Assembly: GCF_000315625.1 (NCBI RefSeq)
Contig: NW_005434663.1
Coordinates: 310,001 to 374,000, forward strand
Direction of reading: 5' to 3'
Source: Guillardia theta CCMP2712
Lineage: Eukaryota > Protista > Cryptophyta
DNA: 64,000 bases
Position 1 is the stretch's first letter; each line of letters opens with the position of its first letter. Below the pieces are notes generated by a model. The model made no database searches, had not been told where the DNA came from, and worked only from the letters and a program-made list of their open reading frames with translations. This document shows, piece by piece, positions 1-11,955 of this stretch. The translations under genes and the position numbers were made by a program.

Positions 1-318
1 GGAGGACAAGGAGAGCGCCGCTCATGCATGGCAGCAACAGCTGCCGAACCAGCATGGTATGAAGAGCCGCGGGGTTAACCGGTATCGTACCCCTTTCAAG
101 AAAGCATGATATGTGGGGTAGCCAAGCATGAATTGTTGTACTTGGAACGCTGTCAAGGTACCGGTACTCCATGACCCTGAAGGAGGTGACTACCCCACTA
201 TTCTCATAACTTGAAGATGATTAGGGGGTAGGGGTGCAAAATTGAGTGGTCGACGGGGGGTAGTGAACTGAAAGAATGCGTTGACCCCATACCTCTTGAG
301 AGCGAAGGACATGGCGTG

Positions 319-3300
319 ATGGCGACAATGGCGAAGCTGCTGCTGCTGGCAGCGCTGGCGGCGATGATGGCGAATTATGGTGAGATATGATACAGAGGAA
401 AAGGAAGAGGAAGATGTGTCAGAGATCTGAGGAGGGGAGGGGAGAAAAGTAGTCAAAATGAGGGGAGAGGAAAGCCGGCAGGGGAGTTCAGTGAACTGGC
501 TGGTAGCGTTTCTGGCTAGAAAGATGTGTGTGGAAACGTTCAAGGAGAAGGTCTTTTGAGAAAATGGAAACAAAGATTCCTGTCCGAGCAAATCATATGA
601 TATATCATCTGAGATTCTCCAAAAATCTCCTGAGATGAATCTGATTGATTAAGTTCGAAATTTCACGATTTCACGATCCATGGTGGCTTGAGAACCATGC
701 TTGCTCGTCTAAGTCCTTGTTTGTGACCCTGTCTGCCATCTGCTATCTTGCACCTTGTGCTGTATTTCGTCCTGACCTGAGTTTGGTCCTACTCTCGTTT
801 CTTTCCTCATGCAAATGATTTGTTGCTGTGGTTGTCTTTAGCCCCTTTCTTGCTGCTATCAAAGCCGGCACTCTGAGATTTTTCGCAGTTTCATCCTTTG
901 AGTGTCGCTCGATGGTGCCAACCAGCGGGGACCCCTTGAAGGGGAGCTTCCTCTACGGTCACATTTATTGGACAAGGACGGCTGCCAATTCGGTTGACTT
1001 TGTTATCATCATCGCGGTGAAGAGGAGCATCTCAGTGGCAGCATACCAGAGCGCGGCAGTTGGAGATGCGGTCTACCTTCAGGGGAAGGAGCCGCCGGAG
1101 TTTCTCTTCGGAGACTCCACTGTCGCGCAGAACCTCAAGATGGTGGTGACCGACGTGTCGCTGTCTGAGGACTGGCTGCAAGGTGAGGTCAGGCTCTCGC
1201 ACTCGTACGCCACTCCGACCAACGGGGGGAAACCATGGAACGCACAGCTGCTGGGGTGCTGCCGGACGGGGGCGGTGAAGAACAACGCGAACCTCGCGTA
1301 TGCCTTGAAGACTGAAGTGAACCTGATCCAAGTGTGGAGGTCTGTGAAGGCCGTGACGCTCCCCTACGTCACTGTGGTGTGTGACTTCAGCACACCGCAG
1401 CCCAGCAACTGCACCTCCTTCTCACTTCCTGTGGCAAGTGGGGAGAACGGAGAATGGCAGGTGACGCCCCCGTACAACGTGGGTAACGCAGCAGCCTTTG
1501 AGGCCAGCCAGCATTCCAAGCTGTCAGTGACCGCAATCTCGGCTGATGGCGCTGTCTGCGACAGTCAGCAGAGCTCTGGGAAGGCCTGTCTGATCGATCT
1601 TTTAACGGCCCAGCTGCCGAATTCAGCCATCACGGTTGAAGGTTGGGTGATGATCACCCAGGAAAGTGGGGGATATGTTTTCTCGAGCTCGAACTCATCG
1701 ACGGGAAGAGCTACGATGTAAGCTTTCAATTTGAGCCTTCCGGTACCTTGTACTCACATCTTGCCAGGTTTGTACATATCAATTCTACTCATGTCAAGGT
1801 CGGGCATGAGAGCCTTACTGACACGACTTCTTACACCTCAACGTTTGTGATTGGTAGAAATGTCACCATGCAATGGGTTCACATTACTGTTGTAAGGGTC
1901 CACAAGCCATGCTCAGGCTCAACTTTGTCCTGCTGCACGTCGTCAACCAATACTGTTGAATACGAGGTGTACGTGAATGGCGTGACTGTGTTTACTGTTG
2001 ACAACTCTCGCACCTCAAAATTGATGTGTGTCCCAAGTTGTGGTGGGGGAAGTTGCGGATCGATTGTTCTCGATCTTCAATTTGGATATTGCCCATGCAG
2101 TGCCGCAGCAGCTGGAGGCCAGAGCGGATTGTACCTCTCTGGCCAGCTGGACGAGTGGAGAGTGTGGAACGGATTCAGAACTCAAGTTCAGATTCAAGAG
2201 TTCATGAAGATCTCGCTCACTTTGGACAGAGAAGGCTTCTTGGGAAACCCTACATCGATCCAAATTAATCAGTACAACTATATCTCCAATGCTGCGCTCA
2301 TGTTGCTCTATAGCATGGACTACACGTGCCCAGCTTCAGCGGCAGGCATGCAATGTACAGTCTCGCAGATGTATCCGGTGTATCCTACAGGCAATCAGCC
2401 GTGGACTCTTGCTACCGCGACGGCAGTGGTGACTGTGAATACGGACGATACGGGGGCAATGATGTGGGAGACTGCGATCGACGCGATGGGGATAATGTCC
2501 ATGAGCTCATCGAGAGTGCATGTGAACCCTGTCAAAGGTCCTGGGTTCTATCAAGCGTCCATGATGCTGTCGTTCAGCAATGGCACCGGCCGCGCACCAC
2601 TCGACTTCTTAATCCAGGTCGTAAACGCTACTTACAACAGCACTTTGAATGCATACAAGCTCGGTGCAAGCACAGATTATGCCGGAAACTCTTACATCCC
2701 AGCGCTGTATGTCGCGGCTAGGCTGATGCCTTGGGACGGGAATTTCATTTATTGGCCGAACATGACGCAGTTGAAGGACGTGACAAGCTTTTCTTACCCG
2801 TCATCCATTCAGATTGTTGCTGGATACAGTTTTGTTATGGAGTTTTATGGCGCAGATATTGTTGGTCCGGGTGAACAATCAACGGTACGTGCACGTGAAC
2901 TTGCTGCCTCCTTGTTTGTCTCTGACGCTTCTCGGCAGGTGAGCTTCGCAAACTCGACATCCATCCAGGGCTTGCAGTTGAATCTGATCAACCAGGGGAA
3001 CAGCTCCATCCTCGAGGCTTCTTGGACTCCTTGCCGCAAAGACATCGGAAGCCACGTCATCTGCGTGAGTGCCGTCGATTGTGAGGGCCCGAATGTTGCT
3101 GCAATCCCGTCCCCCATGCAGTGCGTCAAGATCGAGGTAGTCGCAAGCCCGCCTCCTCAATTCTACAGCTTACCACAAGATTCCTACACCCTCACAATGG
3201 GAAAACTCTTCCAGTTCGAGGTGACGGCGTTCGAGCACAATATGCTGGCTTCCCTTAGTATTATGGGCAACAATCTGCCGCGCTACGCTGTCTTGTCGCC

Positions 3301-3892
3301 GAAAGTAGTCAACAATGTGACGACATCTCAGAACTTGGTAACGTCAACTAGCCAGTTCTCGTGGGTCCCGTCGCATGACATGGGAGCATTCTCGGACCTG
3401 ATCTGTTTCTCGGCGGTTGATCATGGCATGGGATGCTCTCTCGAGCAGCCGCAAAGGAACGTGGCCACACTATGTGTGACGTTGACGGTGAGGAGATGTG
3501 TTTATACCGTCAGGCGGGGGCAGCAGCTGCAAGAGATTGCAACAATCTTCACCAACAACTGGATGAACTTGTGGAGTCTCAACAGTCAGATCAGGCATCC
3601 CGACTTCTTGCCGGATGAGGGTGAAGTGATCAATGTTGGTCACTTGTACCGCGCCTTGAAGCAAGACACGATCGGCACCGTGGCAAAGCGGATGGGGATG
3701 ACGCGGGATCAGGTCGCTTTGTTGAACTGGGATCTGAGGACGAAGGTAAACTTGTCCATCGACTTCGTGTTGATGCCCAACCAAGAGGTCTGCGTGATCC
3801 CGGACTCTTGCAAGGGAATGACCAGCACTGTCTACAACTCCCTCACATTCGCAGATCCTAAATCCTTCGCCGAGCAGCTGATGGGGGTCTAG
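319..3892 (+). CDS. Secreted multidomain protein: signal peptide, Cys-containing N-domain (CCR motif), LamG/ConA-like domain, two Ig/cadherin-like repeats, two C-terminal LysM domains
   Basis: Exon 1 319-379 (MATMAKLLLLAALAAMMANY) joins in phase 1 via intron 380-888 to the 828 frame. Intron 1718-1767 (GTAAGC..CCAG) joins in frame to the 1643 ORF. LamG motifs ITVEGWV, QWVHITVV, LSGQLDEWRVWN. Repeats SWTP..G..VICVSAVD / FSWVP..G..LICFSAVD. LysM motifs YTVRRGQQLQEIA..LWSLN and YRALKQDTIGTVAKRMG..VALLN. Confidence 0.85.
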
Positions 3893-4024
3893 GACATCAA
3901 GTGAGGGTATAACGTTAAGCTAGGGTAGATCTTCTTTTTCATACCAGTTCTTGCACAGTTAACGCGAGCTCGCGGCGCAATGAGTCACATGTACTGATTC
4001 TTTTTGTTGTAATGTAAACTTTCA

Positions 4025-5063
4025 TCATACACTTTCGACTACCTTAAAGGACCTTTCTGGTGATGACCCTCTAGACGATATCTGTTCCAGGGCCACACGC
4101 ATCGCTCCAGCGAACGAAATGTTTCCACAGCAAGTTCTTCTGCCAGCGCATGAGGCCCTTGCGGAACACGTCTCTCGCACGTTGCAAAGATCCCAACTTC
4201 CTGCAACAGCTGGATCAGCACAAGACAAGAAGACAAAAGAAAGTCGGACCTGTTCCTCTCGATCTTCAGTCGCTCCAAGAGAGTAAGGTAATCTACTGTC
4301 TTGCTGCCTTTGCTCAGTCCTGTAGCACCATCGTCAGGGCACAAGGAGGAGAGGAAAACAACACGATTATTACGTTGATCTCGCAGAAACTGCGAAAGAC
4401 GAAGAGGAAGCAGTTGACTCCGAGTGATTGCATTGATGAAGTCATCGCAAGGCACAGTTCCGGTCCTGCCGGCCGGTAAGTCTGGTTGATCCGAACAAGA
4501 GCAAGTGAAAGAATACTTCATCTCGTCGAGGGGAACGAGCAGCCCTTCTAACCTCTCTATCATACCTTCTTTCTGAAAGATCCTGCATTGCATACATGAG
4601 ACGGAGGTCAGGAATTGAGTGATGGGATGTACCTCAACACCTCCTCCCACAGCTGCTCGGTCTTTGCAAGTCGTGGTGTCATCAATGATTGCACATTCTC
4701 GACATCGTCGAAGTCTCCGTTGCTTCTCGCATGCGAACTCGATTTGGGTGAAACTTCGTCTTTGACCTTCACAGGGCCCATCAATGGAAACTAGAGAGGA
4801 GGAACAGGATATGCTTTCTTACCACTGCATGTTGCTCAGCGCCATTTCGGACGTGCAATTTGCTAGGCGTGTGCTGCTTCAATTGCATATGATGCTGGTG
4901 ACAATGTGTAAGGGTAACAATATTCCACTACCATTTGATTACCACGTCCTTGTGGAAGTATCGCTCTTGCGCCCAGATCTTTGGAGCTGATTCCTGCACA
5001 AGACAAATCAGAGGAGGCGAGCCTTTCTATCTCGACGATGCGCTTACCCCTATGATTGCCATG
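4025..5063 (-). CDS. Hypothetical multi-exon protein, possible degenerate EF-hand region
   Basis: Minus-strand GT-AG pattern. ORF 4039-4650 contains GTVPCDDFINAI and KTVDYLTLLERL (EF-hand-like second halves). Ends approximate. Confidence 0.4.
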
Positions 5064-7329
5064 GTACTCCTCCCTTCTTTGATGCCTTGTCCTTCAGTCC
5101 TTCCTCTCACTGGCCCTCTCACACTGACTCCGAGTTTTCTTGCTGCCGTCCGACTTCTCCCGCTCTCCTCGTTCCTCCTCCTCCTTGTCCGGCTCCTCGA
5201 CCGGGGCTCCGAGGCTATTTGACGTTCCCGCCCCCTTGGAACACATCCCTGTAGTAAAGACACAACCGCGCCCTACCGTCGAGATTTTCTACTGCAATAT
5301 CCTACCGTAGCAAGATTCAGTACAAAGGGGGAACACAGTTGAGACTATGGTAGTATCTGAGAATTGAGTCAGAATCTTGTGGTACATTTCCTACACTGGT
5401 CAGTACAAATACTGCATGCGGTACTGGTGTACCCCCGGCCCTACTCTGCCCTACCCGGTAGTACCCCTGGTCCCCACCTTTACCCCTGCATCGCTTTAAC
5501 CCCTACCACCCTCTTCGATACCCTACCTCTCCATTTTTTAATTTTACCCACCAGGTCCAAAAGAAAAAGAATTGACCTACCCCCTCTATCTACCCATTAC
5601 TACCCCCTTTTACTAAAGAGTTCGCTCACCTAGAAAATGACTACCCCTGGTATCGTGATCCACCCCCAGTCCGAGAGCCACCCACCCCTTGGCGTTGTCC
5701 GCGGGGCCCACCAGTGAAGTTATCTCTTCGCCATTTGGCAGTTTTGTGTTAAGTTAACTGATATATTGGCTAATTTAACTCAAATCGTTCTCAATTAGCC
5801 GAAGTCTCCTTGATCCAGCCTCTTTTCCTTTGTTCGCGGATTCACATTGTACTACCCCCCTTATCCAGTGTTCGTGTCAGGCATTTAAGGGGTGGGGTAC
5901 TAATGACGGTCGCTTCGTTGCCTTTCGTGCCTGAACCGCCTGCCGCCAAAAGGAGGCCCGGGAGGGGTGGTCAAACCTAGCTAATCCACCCCCGGTAGTA
6001 ACGGCCTCTTTCACCTGGTAGTCCGAGGGGTCAGTCGACGTGCGAGGGGGTGGGGTAATCCAACCGGGTACCCCCTTGGGGTCAGATGGTTCCGAAGTTC
6101 CGTCGATCAGCAAGGAGGCTCTCGTGGCAGTGAGACCGTCCGGATGACCCCACCGAGAGTCAGCCGGAAACAGTTCAAAGGGGGGGTGGGGGGTGGAACC
6201 CCTGAGATGACCATGGTCGTTTATTCAAAGTTAAGTTAAAAACAATAGTCGTGTGCAGCTACGGTGTGACCCCACCCCCATAGGACCGGTCCTAGAGGGG
6301 GGCCTTTAAGATAAGGTAGGGTGACTGGCGCCAGGACGGCGCCACTTGGGTACCAGGGGGGCAGGTAAAAGGTTCTTAACAACGGAATTAGAAAATCGAG
6401 GCCCCTGACTCGAGTAAAGCGACCATGTCACTCGGAAGTTGGTAGGAGACGGGGGTCTCCAAGAGGTAGTCTGATCACACCGGAGGCTCCGGGTACCATC
6501 CGAAGCAGTTCGGGTCTTGAGGCTAGAACGTTGTTTTTCGTGTCAGCTGCGTGCCGAGGTACCAAATTTACGAGACACAGTAGTACCACTGTACGAGAGC
6601 TTTGAATGTACCACCATACTGGTTTGACTACGAACTTTACCAGGCGCTGCCTGCTGACATTCTTGATATCACAGTACCTATATTGGGCAATTATTTGGTT
6701 TGGCAGACAACTACCCGACCCGCCCTCGTGGGGGTCCAGTGCAGGGATGATAAGGGGGTCGTTGAATTGTGACTCAGTCACGCGAGCACTCGTCACGTCT
6801 TTTGATCGGATAGGCTGCTGCGCTTGCAATGACTGGGTTTCGAGTCTTTTCGTGTCATACGAGGTGTACTGGAATACCCCAGCATCCTGACTCCGCTGAG
6901 CGATCACGAGTGCTACTACTACTAGTTCTCTCGAGGCTTTCGCGCAGCATTCCGACGACGGTTCAGTGTCCCCCTTAATTCTGCTCCCTGAAGCCCTTCC
7001 ATGGATGAGAGAGTGTACAGACGTCAACGTTCAAACGTCCTCCGGGCACGATGTCGCATCACATGCAACTGGGACACTGAGGCTCAGAGAAGAGAGCTCG
7101 GTATACGAACTTCAAAACATCATCAAAGTACCTGCTATCGCATGAGATATTCCGAGGCTCTTCGTCAGATTGGCAAGCCCGAGCTATCGAGATATCATTG
7201 TGATGTATCGTTGATCCCACATTCTCGTCCTGTCGTTGTTGCCTGGTTCAGAGAATGAGATATCTAACACCACTAAAGAATGATACAAAAAAAAATCTCA
7301 TACTTTGGCCTCCGGTAACCTGCATTGGT

Positions 7330-8870
7330 CCCAGTCAAGCTTGGCCCTCTGACAGCAAAAATCGAGTCCACGTATCGCATATCTAGAGCCTTCCTTCAGG
7401 GGGGGGGGGGACAAACTCGTGCTCTTGGTCTGGCCTGCAGGAGGCAAGCTGGAACGCCTCAGTCTCCGAAGATCCAACGGACGCAGCTCTCCGTTGGCCC
7501 TTCCTGAATCTCCCCAAGGAGTCTTACGGCGACATCATCTTATCCCTCAGTCACATCTATGAATTCATATCGCAGATTCTCACCTGCTTTCACGGCTGCA
7601 CGAGCCATCTTAACAGCATCTCCGGAAATGCCATCAAAGATCCCGCCCATCGACGGTCGTCGCTCGGGGTGGGGACGCAACAAACTCGGCGCAACCTATC
7701 TTGCTTCAGTGCTTGAGCAATGCATGGTCTACGAGACCTGAAAGATCCATGATCCTCTCATTTCGTCGGGGATGAATCTGCAGCCCTCTCTCTCGTGCTT
7801 AGGGTGTGATCGAAAAGAGTCCAACACATGAACCGTCGGCTTTCCGAGGAGGTCGTCCGATACTGATACTCCAACAGGGTGCAGCACATGCTGCAGCTCT
7901 CGAAGGACACCTTCTGTCACGATGCAAGCCTCCGAATCCCTGGAGCTCACGACAACTGAGATCTCATCGACGAGAGGCTTTCGGAAAGCTGCTTGGGCTG
8001 GTAAGACACACCTCGACAGGTCGACGAGAAGGCAGCCAACGGCCCACACCTTCGATAATCACAGCAAAATTCAGTTTCGAATGTCTCTTCAAGCATCAGG
8101 AATCACAAGATGAAGGAGATCATTACATCGGATTCTTGTTCGTATCCTTCACGAGCATTCAGCAGTATTTCAGGCGGCCTGTATTGCCTAGAGGGTCGCA
8201 CGATTGGGTACATGGTGGAAGAGCTTTCCATAGCATCGCATGTGCTCTGATTTTCTTCTTTGAATTCAAGCTGCTTCGTCTTCTTTCCACCTTGCCTGAC
8301 ACTTCCTGCCATGCCGAAGTCGCATACCCGCAAGGAAGACATGCATCCTGCCAGGCTCCTCTTCAGAAGGATGTTTTTGGAGTTGAGGTCACCATGGTAG
8401 ATAGAACAAGAATGCATGAACGAGACGCCATCTATCAGCTGTAAACTCAAGCCCTCTGCTTCTTCCCTCAGGAGCGTCTCGGACTCCTCTCCCACCAGGA
8501 ACTCCAGGAGCGTGCAAGAGCAGAGCTCCATAAGGAGGTACATCTCCATCAGCGGCTTGCAGCCTTGTTCCCCACCTCCGTGCTTCGTCCCCTCTCTCCG
8601 CACACTTCTCAGAGTCACAATGTTCGGGTGCTCCTGCATTGCTCTCATCGCCGCCACCTCCACCATCGCCCTCCTCCGAAGCAGCACGGTCGGGGTGAAA
8701 ATCTTCTTCACGGCAACTTGCTCCCCTCCTTTCTCTCTTCCCCTACAAACGTGACCATAGGCTCCTTCCCCTATCAGCTCTTCGATCACCAGCCCTGAGA
8801 CTCTCCACCTGCTCCCCCCTCCTCCCCGCGTCCTGACCCGGAATGCCTTCCCTTCCTGCGCTACGCTCAT
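7330..8870 (-). CDS. Ser/Thr protein kinase, CMGC/MAPK-like, atypical (non-RD)
   Basis: GEGAYGHV, VAVKK, HPNIVTL, YHGDLNSKNILL, DFG, YRPPE in ORF 8103-8870. Spliced D|VWAVGC (subdomain IX) at ~8050 and LLRPHPERRPS (XI) at ~7660-7690. 3' end approximate. Confidence 0.9.
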
Positions 8871-9029
8871 TCTTGGGGCGCAATACGATTGATAAGCTAA
8901 ATAAGATAAATAGAAAATCGTAAGCTAAAAGATATTTGCAGCCCCCCGGGCCATGTAAAGTACTGACCGTTATCCATGCGTAACGGTGCCATGGTAATAG
9001 CTGGCCGCCACATGGAGGGGGTGACGGGC

Positions 9030-10093
9030 ATGGAAGGGGAGACAAGAGGAGAGGCGATGGAGCAGGAGACTTGAGGAGGGATCGTCTTCAAGGAGGAAGG
9101 GGAGAGGATGGTCAGAGGCACTGTCTCTTAGTGTTGGGGAAGAAGGCTGCCGCCGAGAGAACTACCGTGACGAGGCGCTGAGCTGGTTGAACGAGGTGTG
9201 GGATCTTGTGACAGGAGGAGGAGAGGGAGGAGGAGAAGGAAGAGGCTGGTGTTTCTTGTAATGGAAGAGGAGACGATGGTATCGGATCTTCATTCAAGCG
9301 CCAGGCATGCCAAGGCCATGCTCTTTTTCAACGGGTACTCTACTTGTATTGCGCGTAGTACGACAGTCTGACGTGATTGTCATCAGAACGAACTCTAGGT
9401 GGACAGCCAGTTTCAAGAGATTTCTTCACTCGTCTGTGATGAATGAAGTCTTTTCACGTGGGAGATGGCTGTTGATCCTCCTCCTTATGCAGTCGGGGTC
9501 TTCGTTCGTACTCAACTTCTACTCAGCCTTAGTCAAAGAGCACATAGTTCTGACGCTCTTCCTGACGATGCTGGTCGGTGCCGGGGGGAATGCTGGAGCT
9601 CAATCGGCGATGAAAACAATCAAGGACATCTCTTCGGGAGAGACAGTCTGCTGGAGAAAGACGCTGTGGCATCAAATGCAAGTCTCGCTGTGGTTGGGTT
9701 TGATCATGGCAATGGTGGCGTGGGTTAGGGTTTACGCATTCTATGGAGGGATTTTGAACGCTTGTGCTATTTCTATCAGCTGCTCAATCATCGTCATCAC
9801 ATCTATCATCATCGGTGCAGGTTCGATGTTTTGATCGTGTTTCCTCGACGGTGAAAGTGACGGAGTCCCGCAGGTTTGCCCTTCCTGATGATCTACTGCG
9901 GGCAAGACCCAGTGCACTCTGGCGCTGCAGTGCAGGTGGGTGTTGAGGGACAGGTGGGAAGAAGATGCAGCTGATGACGTGAGTGCAGGTCTTGATGGAC
10001 TTGTGGGGTGTTGTTGTCAGTTGTATTGTATGTAGCATCATTCTTGGGGCGACCAAGCACCAGGTGAATGGAGAGTTTAAAATGGTTAGTTGA
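9030..10093 (+). CDS. MgtE/SLC41-type divalent cation (Mg2+) transporter membrane domain
   Basis: RGRWLLILLLMQ and FLTMLVGAGGNAGAQS (MgtE GGNxGxQ motif). Last exon VLMDLWG carries the conserved TM5 Asp. Stop TGA 10091-10093; start approximate. Confidence 0.85.
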
Positions 10094-10202
10094 AACCTTG
10101 AAGGAAGATGCATTTTTTGAGACAGATGTTCATAACAACAACTCTCTTCTCACCATCAGATGATTCTACGTGACCTTTGTTGGTCACCCAACATTCTCTC
10201 CT

Positions 10203-11691
10203 TCAGAACTCACAGTTTCCAATGATGTCGTTGTAGTTGACGAAGAAGGAGCTGAACAGCTTGATGCTGTTCTCAACATCGTGGACTCCGATGGTTTCCC
10301 TGATGCTGTGCATGCTCAAAGACGGAATCCCAACATCAACGGTGCTGATTCCAGTGCTAGCCGCAACGATCGGCCCGATAGTGCTTCCGCAAGGACAGTC
10401 GTTCCGCACCACGAACTCCTGCACGTTGATCCCCGCACGCCTTGCGAGCTCTCTGATGACGAAGCCGGTGGTGACGCTAGTGGCATACCGCTGGTTGGTG
10501 TTCGTCTTGATCACAGTTCCCTTGTTGAGCAGGGGCCCATGGTTGGACTCGTGCTTGCTGGCATAGTTGGGGTGCACGGCATGAGCCACGTCAGCTGAGA
10601 TTATAAAGGATTTCTGAAGGGCAATCTTGTTGTGCTCCACTAAGTGTTCCGAGTGATACCAGTTGTTCACGCGCTCGACCAGCTCCTTGATGATCGGGCT
10701 ACCAGCGCCATGCGCACTGGTGGAGCCAACCTCCTCGTGGTCGAAGCAAACGACGGCGGACACGTAAGGATCTTTGTTGAACTCGGGACTGCTGGTGTAA
10801 CTGACCAGGGCCTCCAAGGCGGTGAAGCAGTGGGCCTGATTGTCCAGCCTGGGAGAGCTGAGGAACTCGTTCTTGAGGCCCCAGATCTGTTCAGGTTGAG
10901 TGTCATACAGGGTCAGGTCAAGATCCTTGATGGCTGCTGCCGTGCAACCAAGCTCCTCCGCAAGAGCCGACAGCAGTTCTGGAGCATGGCGGGAGTCTGC
11001 TCCCTCCGCCGAGGTCTTGTTCAACTCCTCATTCACCATGGCAAGGATAGGTACGAGGTGGGTCTCCTTGTTGAGATCGAGCTTTGCTCGCTCATCGGCA
11101 GTCTGCAGATGAATGCACAAACTGGGAATGCGGAGGACAGGCCTCTTCATGTGGACAAGCTTCCTCCTGTACACTCCATTCTCCTCCACAATCGCACACC
11201 CTGCCAAGGACAACTCCCTGTCGAGCCAAGTATGCCAAAGTCCACCTCCTGCAGACCGGGGGGGTCAGATGTCCTATGCCAACAAAACACTCCTCACCGT
11301 AGCATTCGACTCCAAGCTGCATGTATCCAGACGCATTCTTCTTCGACACAGGCTTGACCTTCAGTACAGGGCTGTCTGTGTGGGCTCCGACAATCTTGTA
11401 TCCACTTCCCTTCTCCATGGCTGCGCTCACTGCAAAGGCCACGATGGTACTGGCGGCCCTGATGTAGAAGTACTTGCCCGGGGCCGCAGCTTGTCCTTGA
11501 AGCTTCCACACGTCGTCCTCTGGCAGTCTCTTGAAGCCTGCTCGCACAAGCATGTTCGATGCTGTCTCCACCATCTGGTAGGGCGTCGGCGACGCGCGTA
11601 GGAAGAGACCGAGTGACTTGGCTGCGTCCATCGCGGCTTCTGACACCTCGCAGTTCCCTCATCCCCACTCTGATCAAGTAACCGATGCCAT
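10203..11691 (-). CDS. DNPEP: Aspartyl aminopeptidase (peptidase M18)
   Basis: SPTPYQ, GAHTDSP, VECYG|GGLWHTWLD (intron ~11249-11297), RLDNQ, FDHEEVGS, SADVAHAVHPNY, CGSTIGP, MHSIRE. Confidence 0.95.
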
Positions 11692-11955
11692 GCAATTAAT
11701 AACGGAACGTGACCGGCGATCACCGTCACTCACCGGGCCGCAAATGAGTATCACTATGAGTCTTTTCTCTTCTCGCCGTACGGCCTGTGCGACAGTGTCA
11801 GGGTCAAGCCTCCTCTAAAACTTTGAGTAAATCACTGTGACTATACCAGATCAGAGTATGTCCGAGGCTAGAAACTTGAACCGCCGGAAATTATGATTTA
11901 CTGATAGCTACTACCAACGCGAGGACCAGTTGTATGACTACTGTTGACGATCGTC

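Noticed and set aside
1643-1767. Apparent frameshift between ORFs 828-1721 and 1643-3892
   Set aside because: Explained by a canonical 50-nt intron (1718-1767).
5604-5620. CCTTTTACTAAAGA resembling U5 snRNA loop 1
   Set aside because: The complementary 5' stem (TCTTTCG) is absent and no Sm site follows.
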